A stretch of DNA of 64,000 bases, taken from Alphaproteobacteria bacterium. Its GTDB lineage: Bacteria; Pseudomonadota; Alphaproteobacteria; Rs-D84. A program made the position numbers and the translations under genes. The stretch's first letter is position 1; each line of letters starts with the position of its first letter. Location: the NCBI GenBank assembly GCA_024402765.1, contig JAKSTC010000002.1:34037-98036 (forward strand), read 5' to 3'. Below, piece after piece: positions 17,391 to 26,453 of this stretch. The notes beneath the pieces are model-generated. The model saw only the letters and a list, made by a program, of their open reading frames with translations. It was not told the origin of the DNA and made no database searches.

Positions 17391-19652
17391 TTTGTTGTTA
17401 TCTGTTTCTGTATTAGTCCCCGTCTTTGTCTTACAATATCCCCATTTCGTATTGGCACTTGTTTCAGAATAAAACAATTCAGATATTTTATCTGTACTAT
17501 TTTCATTAAATGGTGTTGGTACCCATTCGCCATTCAAACGTTCACATTCTTTGCCCAGTTCTGTTGACATATCTGTCGCTATATTTGTTATTACGGTGTT
17601 AATATCTTGTAATACAGGTTCTGGAAAGTTAAAATCATCGAACGTGACTTTATAAATAGATGGTCGAACACATACTTGCAGACCGTAACGGACTAACTTT
17701 TGATACATACTGTTAGAATAATCAGCAGAGCAACTATCTGTATTTATGCAGATTGCTTTGTTTTGGCGTTCATCCCACATACATGTATTAGGGCATTCTG
17801 ATGGACATTTATAACAGTAGTTGTCCTTGCGGTAATATTTATCATTACACTCTGTGTATTGTCTTTTGCAAGTGTCATATTTGTACTGGTAGTCTGGTTG
17901 ATCTTCGTTAGTGTTTGGTGTTAGCAAATCCCGCAACACAAATTGAAGGCACCCTGGTTTAATTGCGTCTGTATATGTCCCAGGAGCATAAGTTCGACAC
18001 CCGTATGGATATTTATGCACTGTATCTATGGATGGAACTGCGCATAAATGTTGAACATAGTTTTGTAGATTTGCTAAACATTGTAATTCAATTTTTTGAT
18101 CTGTAATAGTCTGCATTGCACTTAGTAACTCTGACATACCTTGTTCCCCGCCACCGTATAAATTACTGCAAGTGTTAAGTTTTTCGCTACACATTTCTTC
18201 GGATAGTTCCAACCGAGAACCCAATAATAAGCGTTCATCAGTATTACTAAAATCTTTTAAAGATGCGTTTTGTTCGTCGTAACATTTATTTACAACATCC
18301 AAACATTCGTTTTTTACTTGACGAATTCTGTCTTGTTGTGCTTGATATATTTCTGTGATTGCTTGTCGCATAAATTCATCCCATACGTCATCTGATAAGT
18401 CGCGACAAGAATCTAAACTGTTTTTTGCGAATGCGCGTTTCGAATTTAATTCTGCAACAACAAGGCGGTTTTGCTGGTTGGTTAAAACATCGCCATATAA
18501 AGAAATCTGCCTACCAAGGTTGTAAAAGTTTGGTGTATAAATTGGTTCACCAGTTGTTTTATTTAGGTATAACCCTGTAACATCCATACAGTGAACAAAA
18601 TCTTTACCGCAAGCAGCATCCTGGGTTATGTCGGAACGAACATTTGCAATGCAGTCATTTATTGATGAAGAATTGTGGGCATTATAATTGTCCAAACGCG
18701 CATAATTCATTTCACGTTCTGTTTCACGAATTGCAGTATTGGCTTCATTTTTCTTTTTGTCCAATGATGAAGATATTAATGCACAATCGTTTTCTATATA
18801 CATTCCATACGCTGAAACGACCATGTTTAATGTAGATTTGTTTTCACACTTGTCAGATACAAAATCCCTACATTGTGCATGGACTGCATTATATAGTTGT
18901 TCCCCAGATAAGTTTGTTAAATTTATGCCAGATGTTAAATCGGTTGTTGCCCATATTTCATTTATGTTGCCACCAATATCAAGTGTTCCAGATGTTGACA
19001 ATGAGTCTGATTTTGCCTTGGCTAAAATATTACTGATACCAGATAATGTTTTTGCAGAATTTGATTTGTCTTTTGCCTTTGATGCAGCATATTCCCCACT
19101 GGTTGCAGTCAACATTGCCTTTACTTCTGCAGATGTTTTTGGAATAACATCAATGTTTAAATCTTTAAAATCTTGTAGTGAATCAGAAGTGTCGGATAAA
19201 ATATTTTGGCGTTTCTGAATTTCTTGCAAACGCGATGAACATACGCAACGTCGATATGTGTCGTTTTGATTCGCACAAAATTGATCCATGCATGTGAAAT
19301 ATGCATCGTGGCATGTGTTATACCCGGAATCAAAAGTGTTTGTACCAATGGTGCTGGTGGTGGCAGCACGAACGACCGCAGAACGAGATGGTGTTGATTT
19401 GATTGCTGTGCGTGCGTTTGTAGTACTTTTAATCGCAGAACGTTGAATGGTCGCAGAACGGGATGTGTTTGTTTTGGTTGTGCTGGTTTGGCGTGTTGGA
19501 GTTTGAATTGTTCGACCGGTTGTTTTGGTAGTTGGAGTGCGGATAACAGATTGCGTGTTATGTGAAATGGTATTTGCACTGCGAACAGTGGCATCGGCAA
19601 CACCGACACCAACCAATATTATGGCTGTAATAAAGCACAATCTCCTTTTCAT
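17388..19652 (-). CDS. Large secreted cysteine-rich protein, family member A (754 aa), function unknown
   Basis: Signal peptide MKRRLCFITAIILVGVGVADA, an Arg/Thr/Ser-rich low-complexity region, then CHDAYFTCMDQFCANQNDTYRRCVCS and many spaced Cys. Paralog of 36952..39105. Confidence 0.8.
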   Translation of the reverse strand: MKRRLCFITAIILVGVGVADATVRSANTISHNTQSVIRTPTTKTTGRTIQTPTRQTSTTKTNTSRSATIQRSAIKSTTNARTAIKSTPSRSAVVRAATTSTIGTNTFDSGYNTCHDAYFTCMDQFCANQNDTYRRCVCSSRLQEIQKRQNILSDTSDSLQDFKDLNIDVIPKTSAEVKAMLTATSGEYAASKAKDKSNSAKTLSGISNILAKAKSDSLSTSGTLDIGGNINEIWATTDLTSGINLTNLSGEQLYNAVHAQCRDFVSDKCENKSTLNMVVSAYGMYIENDCALISSSLDKKKNEANTAIRETEREMNYARLDNYNAHNSSSINDCIANVRSDITQDAACGKDFVHCMDVTGLYLNKTTGEPIYTPNFYNLGRQISLYGDVLTNQQNRLVVAELNSKRAFAKNSLDSCRDLSDDVWDEFMRQAITEIYQAQQDRIRQVKNECLDVVNKCYDEQNASLKDFSNTDERLLLGSRLELSEEMCSEKLNTCSNLYGGGEQGMSELLSAMQTITDQKIELQCLANLQNYVQHLCAVPSIDTVHKYPYGCRTYAPGTYTDAIKPGCLQFVLRDLLTPNTNEDQPDYQYKYDTCKRQYTECNDKYYRKDNYCYKCPSECPNTCMWDERQNKAICINTDSCSADYSNSMYQKLVRYGLQVCVRPSIYKVTFDDFNFPEPVLQDINTVITNIATDMSTELGKECERLNGEWVPTPFNENSTDKISELFYSETSANTKWGYCKTKTGTNTETDNNK

Positions 19653-19721
19653 TCTTACCTATATGAATTAGGGTAGCAAAAAATGTTTTTTTATAGCAAG
19701 CAGTATTTACAAATTTTGTAA

Positions 19722-19746
19722 AAAAAAACCGTCATGATGACGATTT
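19722..19746 (-). terminator. Terminator after infA
   Basis: On the minus strand, cgtca-tca-tgacg followed by a T-run. Confidence 0.55.
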
Positions 19747-19995
19747 TTAATTTTCAGATGTTGATCCTGTTGAATGTGTGCGTTCAACAAATGTTATGCG
19801 TCCTTTGTCCAAATCATATGGTGTCATTTCAACGCGGACCTTTTCACCAACATTAACCCAAATACGCGCCTTGCGCATTTTGCCACACACAGTCGCCAAA
19901 ATATCATGGCCGTTTTCCAATTTTACGCGAAACATTGTATTAGGTAATTTATCCTCAACCGTTCCGCTAAAAACAATAACATCATCTTTTGCCAT
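19747..19995 (-). CDS. infA: Translation initiation factor IF-1
   Basis: [42 protein letters not shown]...[13 protein letters not shown]. Confidence 0.92.
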   Translation of the reverse strand: MAKDDVIVFSGTVEDKLPNTMFRVKLENGHDILATVCGKMRKARIWVNVGEKVRVEMTPYDLDKGRITFVERTHSTGSTSEN

Positions 19996-20128
19996 AAGAA
20001 AACCCTTACTTTGTTGTTTAATAATGATATTATTTGTTCATAAAATTGCAAGAATATTTTTTTATGTGCTTGCGGTAGGTAATATTTTTTGATAAAATTA
20101 CAGAGATAGATATATAAGGATGTAGGAC

Positions 20129-22249
20129 ATGAATATACAAAAGTTGGCTTTGTTATTATGTTGTGTGCCGGTTGTGGCATTTGGTGCGGTGCGTTCTGGA
20201 ACTGCACGCATCGGTGTTAATGGTGCTGCTGCTACGGCATGTGTGCCTAATATAAAGGTTACTACGGTAACACAACAGCCTGTTGGTGCTGAAAAACAAA
20301 CAACGACCGCAGTTGTAGAACCAGAAAAACCAACTGTTTCAGAAACCCCATCTAGTGTGACAACTGGTGATTGTCGTGATGCATATCGTGCATGTATGGA
20401 TGAATTTTGTTTGTTGGATGAATCAGAAGGGTATCGTTGCGCGTGCAGCGATAATATTCAACAATCTAAAAGTTTGATTAAGGAAATAATGTCCCTGCAG
20501 GAAGAGGCTGATAAGTTATATACAGAGGGTGTAGAACGTGAAAATCTGGGGGCAAAGGCTGATTTGGTTTTTGGAACAAGTGATGCCGCAAAAAAGAGTT
20601 CGGGACTTTCGGGAATAAATTTTGCTGACTGGCTTAATACAGGGGGGGGTAGCGAAGAAGAATTAGACGCCGATTATGATATTGGTGCAAATTTGTATGC
20701 GATGGCATCGGAATATTGTGCTGCTGAATTACAGGCATGTGGCGATAAAGCACAAATGGAAGAAACATTGTATTCGCGTCAAATTGTTTCTGATTGCAAG
20801 GCGTATAGTGCCTATTTGGCGGATCAAAAAACAAATGCAACTGCTAATAAACGCACCGCAGAGGCGGCCGTGCGCAAAGCGCGTTTGGAAATGTTGGATG
20901 TAACAAATAAATACAATCGTGGCGAATGTTTGTTGGCATATAAGGCGTGTGTCGCAGATAAGGGCGGTTGTGGTGTTAACTTTGAAAACTGTTTAGATAA
21001 AGATTTGTTGCAACGTCGTGCAAATGCGTGTTCTGGCATTTTAGATCAATGTATGGCGGTAAGAAAAGATGTTGTCCGGGATTGGGAAGAAGAAACGGTT
21101 GTTATATTAGCAGAGGCTGAAAAGTATGCCGACAAAAATCGTCGTGCAACTTGCCTTGCAAAAATTCAAAATTGTTTAGAGGAAGGCTGTGCAACATCAA
21201 CAAATTCTATGTGCTTAACAGATGTAAATGTTGCAGCGGGTGTGTGTCCAATTATCACAGAATGTGAAGAAATGATACCGGGCATACAATCTGTGGTTAA
21301 TGATAAATTGGCGTATCTAAGAACGGGCTTTTGTCAGAATGATGTTGATGCGTGTTTGCGTGATAAATGTGGCGCTGAATTTACTGCGCCTGAATGTGTT
21401 GGTAAAAATACATCGCAAATTGTTGCGTTGTGCCCACAATCTATGTTCCCATCATGTAAAAATGAAAAACAATTTGATATTATTGTCAGTGCGGCATTGT
21501 TGGAAATGGATTATCAAATGATGCAGGGTTGTGTTAATCATTTTGCAACGCAATTAAGTGCGGTTTGCGGAACGGATATGGCGTGCCTGCCAAACGATTC
21601 AACTGTCGAAGGGTTGTTGCAAATCCCAGATAGTGAAGAAGGCATGATTGCTTTGCGCGATACTGTGCGTGGTAATTCTGATGTGGCGGTTGACGATTTC
21701 TTTAAACAGTTTGAAAAAGATATAACGATTGCAGCATGTATGGATAGCCAAAAACCTGCAAATGTTCGTAAGCGGGGACTGGGCGACAGTGTATTTAATA
21801 CTGCAAAAATGATTGCAAAAATCAATGCTGAAAATCGTTCTTTACGTGCGTTGGAAACCAAAATCGCAGAAATATCACGTCAGCAAGATTTGGCGGCTGC
21901 GGAAAAAAATTGTTTGAAAACTTATGCGCCTGAAAAACCAAACAAAGATTCCAAGAATTATAGTTATATCCGCAGTGTGGCGTTTGAACCGGCTTTGCGT
22001 AATTGCCATGTGTGCCGTATGCAACAGGTTTGCGAGGTTGGTGGTGAATCCAAGGCGACATCTGCGTTAAAGGCAGCAGCGGGCGGTTTGTCTGGCGGTG
22101 CAGCAATGGGGACAATGGTTAATGCAGGATGGGGAACTGCAATTGGTGGTGTCGTTGGTGCGGTTGGTGCCGGATTGGTTGGCATGGCATCTGGTGGTGA
22201 AAAAGAATTCTGCCAGGAAATTGAATCTTGCGAAGATATAAATATGTAA
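20129..22249 (+). CDS. Large secreted cysteine-rich protein, family member B (706 aa), with a Gly-zipper-like C-terminus
   Basis: Signal peptide, then CRDAYRACMDEFCLLDESEGYRCACS. I count about 37 Cys after the signal peptide. C-terminal GGLSGGAAMGTMVNAGWGTAIGGVVGAVGAGLVGMASGG and terminal CEDINM. Confidence 0.8.
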   Translation: MNIQKLALLLCCVPVVAFGAVRSGTARIGVNGAAATACVPNIKVTTVTQQPVGAEKQTTTAVVEPEKPTVSETPSSVTTGDCRDAYRACMDEFCLLDESEGYRCACSDNIQQSKSLIKEIMSLQEEADKLYTEGVERENLGAKADLVFGTSDAAKKSSGLSGINFADWLNTGGGSEEELDADYDIGANLYAMASEYCAAELQACGDKAQMEETLYSRQIVSDCKAYSAYLADQKTNATANKRTAEAAVRKARLEMLDVTNKYNRGECLLAYKACVADKGGCGVNFENCLDKDLLQRRANACSGILDQCMAVRKDVVRDWEEETVVILAEAEKYADKNRRATCLAKIQNCLEEGCATSTNSMCLTDVNVAAGVCPIITECEEMIPGIQSVVNDKLAYLRTGFCQNDVDACLRDKCGAEFTAPECVGKNTSQIVALCPQSMFPSCKNEKQFDIIVSAALLEMDYQMMQGCVNHFATQLSAVCGTDMACLPNDSTVEGLLQIPDSEEGMIALRDTVRGNSDVAVDDFFKQFEKDITIAACMDSQKPANVRKRGLGDSVFNTAKMIAKINAENRSLRALETKIAEISRQQDLAAAEKNCLKTYAPEKPNKDSKNYSYIRSVAFEPALRNCHVCRMQQVCEVGGESKATSALKAAAGGLSGGAAMGTMVNAGWGTAIGGVVGAVGAGLVGMASGGEKEFCQEIESCEDINM

Positions 22250-22271
22250 GGGTCCAGAGGAGAGAGAAAAA

Positions 22272-24872
22272 ATGAAAAAAATTGTTTGTTCGATATTTGC
22301 AATATCTGCTGTGTTGCTGGGTGGAAATGTAAATGCTGCAACGGCGACTGCAAAAAAACAATCTGCGATTCAAAATGGAACTTCGGTTCGGACCAAGGTT
22401 GCAGCGGTTGGTATTTATGACCAGGCATGTTATGATGCATATTACGGTTGTATGGATCAATTTTGTATTACTGATAATACCGATGGTGGCAGTTGCGCTT
22501 GTAGTGATGATTTTACAAAATATGAACAGCGTTTAGCAAATTTACAAACAACACTTGAAAACGTAGAACGTATTTCCACCGAAGAAGTAGAACGTATCCA
22601 GGCGGGGGCAAATGCCGACATAATATTTAATGGAACACGTGTCTATGGCGATGATGGTAATGTTGTTGATAGCACTGAAGTGTCAGAACAGGATAAAAAA
22701 ACAAAGTTTTTAGAAATGTGGAATAAACCTGTTGAAGACGAAGATGATAATGATGATTTTGCAGAACAAGATTTATCCAACAAAATTGGTTCAGAATTAT
22801 TTTCTGGGGCCCATGATTTATGTGTTGAATATATTGATTCAGGCTGTGCCAAAGATATGAAATTCCTGCGCCAGATTTATTCACGTCAAATTACTGCAGA
22901 TTGTAAAGCATTGGATAACAGCATTGCCAAGAAAGAGTCTGAGGCCAAGAAAACACTGCTCGCTGCGGAATCTGCGATTCGTTCTGCATTAAAGGAAAGT
23001 TTAGATTCTGCAAACAAATATGATCGTGGTCAATGTATGGTTGAATATAAAAAGTGTATGCAGACAGCGGATGCATGTGGTAAAAATTGGGAAAACTGTG
23101 TGTTTGAGGTTGCGTTTGAAAATGCACAACAATCATCAAAACCAAAAGACGCATCTGCCAAAGAATTGTATACAGTTCCCACAGGAAAAACATATGATAT
23201 AAGTACATCAACGATGAGTATTTTGGAATCAAAACGTTATATTTGTGAAAATGTTTTGAATTCTTGTGTTGCTGTGCGTGATATGGTGTGGAATGACTTC
23301 CTGCGCGAAGCAGCCCCAACGATTCGTTTAGCAGAATCCCAAGCGGAATCGAAAAAACGTCAATCTTGCCTAAGCGATATTTCAAACTGTATTCAAAAGG
23401 CATGTAAAGATGACATTGCTGGTAAAGGTGTTGCAACAATGGATGCGTGTTTGGCGCGTCCTGATATGGCATATAGTTTTTGTAAGGTGGAAATAGAACC
23501 ATGTCTGGCTATGGAACCACAAATCTGGTCTTATGTTACTGATAAATTGGCGGCAATGCGTGTTGATGCATGTACCACAGAGGTCAAGGAATGCTTTACA
23601 GATGAAACGCGTTGTGGTTCGGACTTTTCAAAATGTATAGGTATGGATTATGACTATATTCATGACATTTGTCCGATTGATAAATTGGTTGTTTGTAAAC
23701 AGGCAAATCCAAAATTTTCTATGAATGATTTAGATTCTATGTTGATGGGACTATACTTAAATATTGATAATTCTATGTTGGATAATTGCCAGAATTTGGT
23801 TGATCAAAAAATGACAGAGGTTTGTGGCAGTACAACCGATTGTAACAAATTTGCCGCAGATGATGTTATCGGAACAGGATCTTTACGTTCACAAAAAATC
23901 GGCGATTTGTATCGTGTGACCGGTATGATTTCGTTCGGCAGTATTAAAATGGGTGATGCATCAGGCAGTGTGATGGATACGAACGGTAAATTGGCGCCTG
24001 GGCAAATTGGTGTATCAGATTATATTGCAAATGTTCGCGCAACAAATACCAGGACAGGGGACGAAGATATTGTCGCAAGTATAGAAGAAGAATTAAACAA
24101 TATCGCGGGAACAATTAATCGCACCATTGAAATGATAGAACAGGATCCAGAAATTCAATATTGTGTCAATGGACGTAATTTGTCCCAGATTACTGGTAAA
24201 AACGAAAGCACGGCTGCACGCTTTCCGAATTTGTTGAATTCTGTAAAGATGCAAATTGCGGTTTCTGCATTGCGCCAGGCCCAGGATAATTATAATAAAA
24301 AATTCACTGATATGGTTGCCCAAGCAACAAAAGATGCATCGGCAGATATTGCACAATATATGTGTCAAATGATGCCAATGAATAATGGTGGTGTTTCATA
24401 TCTGGGGGATGTTAAAACAGAATTGGTTCCACCATATTCTATCAGTTATGATGTGGGGACTGGTTTAACCACAGACATGTTGACCCAGGGTGGCCATGGG
24501 TCAAGTGCCACGAGTGGTGCCGGTGGAATTGAATCTAAAAGAGCTGATAGAGGAACAAATGGCGATAGTACTGCTGCTGGTGTTATAGCGAGTGTAGGAA
24601 CACTTGGTGTGAGTTATTTAACGGATAGCATAAGTAAAGGGTTGGTTGAATTGCTTGGTAACAATAATGTATCAATACAGACACCAAGTGGAAGTCGTGA
24701 AATGTGGTCTGTGTTTGATAGAGATAATCGTATATGTCATTATTGCACATCTACGATAACCAAAAGTTGTTCTTCAATCCATAAAAATGGCTTCTTAGGA
24801 ATTGGCCAGAAAGATGAACAAAATTGCACAGAGTCTGAACCAGTTGAAAAATGTGAAGATATTCAAATGTAA
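22272..24872 (+). CDS. Large secreted cysteine-rich protein, family member C (866 aa)
   Basis: Lies 22 nt after B and has its own RBS. Carries CYDAYYGCMDQFCITDNTDGGSCACS. The Cys pattern is collinear with B. Terminal CEDIQM. Confidence 0.8.
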   Translation: MKKIVCSIFAISAVLLGGNVNAATATAKKQSAIQNGTSVRTKVAAVGIYDQACYDAYYGCMDQFCITDNTDGGSCACSDDFTKYEQRLANLQTTLENVERISTEEVERIQAGANADIIFNGTRVYGDDGNVVDSTEVSEQDKKTKFLEMWNKPVEDEDDNDDFAEQDLSNKIGSELFSGAHDLCVEYIDSGCAKDMKFLRQIYSRQITADCKALDNSIAKKESEAKKTLLAAESAIRSALKESLDSANKYDRGQCMVEYKKCMQTADACGKNWENCVFEVAFENAQQSSKPKDASAKELYTVPTGKTYDISTSTMSILESKRYICENVLNSCVAVRDMVWNDFLREAAPTIRLAESQAESKKRQSCLSDISNCIQKACKDDIAGKGVATMDACLARPDMAYSFCKVEIEPCLAMEPQIWSYVTDKLAAMRVDACTTEVKECFTDETRCGSDFSKCIGMDYDYIHDICPIDKLVVCKQANPKFSMNDLDSMLMGLYLNIDNSMLDNCQNLVDQKMTEVCGSTTDCNKFAADDVIGTGSLRSQKIGDLYRVTGMISFGSIKMGDASGSVMDTNGKLAPGQIGVSDYIANVRATNTRTGDEDIVASIEEELNNIAGTINRTIEMIEQDPEIQYCVNGRNLSQITGKNESTAARFPNLLNSVKMQIAVSALRQAQDNYNKKFTDMVAQATKDASADIAQYMCQMMPMNNGGVSYLGDVKTELVPPYSISYDVGTGLTTDMLTQGGHGSSATSGAGGIESKRADRGTNGDSTAAGVIASVGTLGVSYLTDSISKGLVELLGNNNVSIQTPSGSREMWSVFDRDNRICHYCTSTITKSCSSIHKNGFLGIGQKDEQNCTESEPVEKCEDIQM

Positions 24873-24878
24873 ATATTA

Positions 24879-24901
24879 CCCCGCGAAAGCGGGGTTTTTT
24901 G
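24879..24901 (+). terminator. Rho-independent terminator after gene C
   Basis: ccccgc-gaaa-gcgggg plus a T-run. Confidence 0.7.
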
Positions 24902-24975
24902 TGTATTCATTCTTATGGTTTTTTTGGGTGTATTGCATAAAATATATACTGTCCAAAACAATAAGGGAGAGACAC

Positions 24976-25341
24976 ATGAAAAAAATTTCAATATTAACAA
25001 TCGCGGCGATGTTGGGCTTTGGCGCGGCGTCCGCAGAAATGATGGAATCAGAAACAATGACGGTATATGTGAACAATGTTCCGTATAGTGTTACAGAAAT
25101 CGAAGACATCAAAACTTTGAACGATAATTCTATGGTGGTTGGTCGCGGTTATATTACAAAACATATGGGTGATGAAACCTATGTGTTCCAGGATTCAACC
25201 GGAACAATTATGGTAGAGATTGATGACGAGGTTTGGAATGGACAATATATAACCCCCACAGATATGGTTCTGATTTCAGGTGAAGTTGATCGTGATGGTA
25301 ACGATATAACCATAGAAATCGATGGCATTCAAAAAATGTAG
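24976..25341 (+). CDS. Periplasmic OB-fold (BOF) protein, YgiW/YdeI family
   Basis: Signal peptide MKKISILTIAAMLGFGAASA. GYITKHMGDETYVFQDSTGTIMVEIDDEVW...ISGEVDRD is typical of this family. AAGGGAGAG RBS. Confidence 0.75.
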   Translation: MKKISILTIAAMLGFGAASAEMMESETMTVYVNNVPYSVTEIEDIKTLNDNSMVVGRGYITKHMGDETYVFQDSTGTIMVEIDDEVWNGQYITPTDMVLISGEVDRDGNDITIEIDGIQKM

Positions 25342-25357
25342 TTATTAAGCAATATAA

Positions 25358-25386
25358 TAAAACCGCCCGAATGGGCGGTTTTTTAC
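25358..25386. terminator. Bidirectional terminator
   Basis: aaccgccc-gaat-gggcggtt. Confidence 0.6.
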
Positions 25387-26435
25387 TTATTTGTTAACTG
25401 TAATTCTATACGGCGGTTTTGTTGTAAATCCGCTGGGGTGTTGCCCAATGTAAATGGGTTTGTATCGCCAAAACCCGATGGTAACAGGCGGCGGCGCGAC
25501 ACACCATTATTTGCCAATTCATTTACAACCGCGGTTGCACGCAATAGTGACAATTCAGTATTATTTTTATATGCGCGCGTGCCAGTTATCACAGATTTTT
25601 TATCAGTATGGCCGTCAACACGAATTATCCAATTTATATCGGTTGGAATTTTTGATTCAAAATCTTTGATTACATCAGCCAATACCTTTAATTGTTTTTT
25701 ACCGTCGTCGGATAGTGTATAAGAACCCGATTTGAATAAAATATCACTGGATATAATAAATCGGTCACCATCTGTGCGCAAACTGGATACGTCGCCCAAT
25801 GCCAACTTTATACTTTTATAAAATTCAGATTGATATTGCGACATTTCATTTAATTCGGCAACCTTGTCCGCCAAAGCACGATTAAGGCGATTCGACATTT
25901 CAACATATTGTATTTCTTGGGCGGCGGCCTTTTCTTCGGCAGCATCAAGTGCGGCCTGGAGTTTTGTAATTTCATCCATACGCAGACGTTCCATTTCTGC
26001 ACCCATTTGTTCCTGGGACGCTTTGCGTTGTTCCAATTCGGTTTTTAATGTTGCGATTTCTTGCTGTGTTTCAGCCAATTTTTTCTCATACGCACCGACC
26101 AAATCTTTCATGCTTAAATTAATATCAGTGATTTCAGAATTTAATTGTTGGTTATCAGATTCCAGTGATACCAATTCATCACGCGCACGCAGTAATAAAT
26201 CGGTCGCTTCTTCTGTATCTGCGGACATTTGTTGAATTGATGCCGCCTGTTCAGCGTTCAATTGGCGCAGATCTGCCATTTCCTTGGCCGTCCCAGATTT
26301 ATTAAACACATTTGTGGTTGTCCATAAAAACACAAATACGATTAACAAAAATATCAAAATAATAACCAGATTCGAAAATAAATCAACGAATCCAGGCCAT
26401 GCACTTGTTTGATTACGATAACGAAAATTTAACAT
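25383..26435 (-). CDS. MotB/OmpA-like protein: N-terminal TM plug region, long coiled coil, C-terminal OmpA peptidoglycan-binding domain
   Basis: AWPGFVDLFSNLVIILIFLLIVFVF (MotB-like TM), a Q/E/A-rich heptad region, and a C-terminal OmpA-like segment (VDGHTD...NTELSLLRATAV...NRRIEL). Confidence 0.75.
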   Translation of the reverse strand: MLNFRYRNQTSAWPGFVDLFSNLVIILIFLLIVFVFLWTTTNVFNKSGTAKEMADLRQLNAEQAASIQQMSADTEEATDLLLRARDELVSLESDNQQLNSEITDINLSMKDLVGAYEKKLAETQQEIATLKTELEQRKASQEQMGAEMERLRMDEITKLQAALDAAEEKAAAQEIQYVEMSNRLNRALADKVAELNEMSQYQSEFYKSIKLALGDVSSLRTDGDRFIISSDILFKSGSYTLSDDGKKQLKVLADVIKDFESKIPTDINWIIRVDGHTDKKSVITGTRAYKNNTELSLLRATAVVNELANNGVSRRRLLPSGFGDTNPFTLGNTPADLQQNRRIELQLTNK

Positions 26436-26453
26436 TCTTCCCTCTCTTTATTT

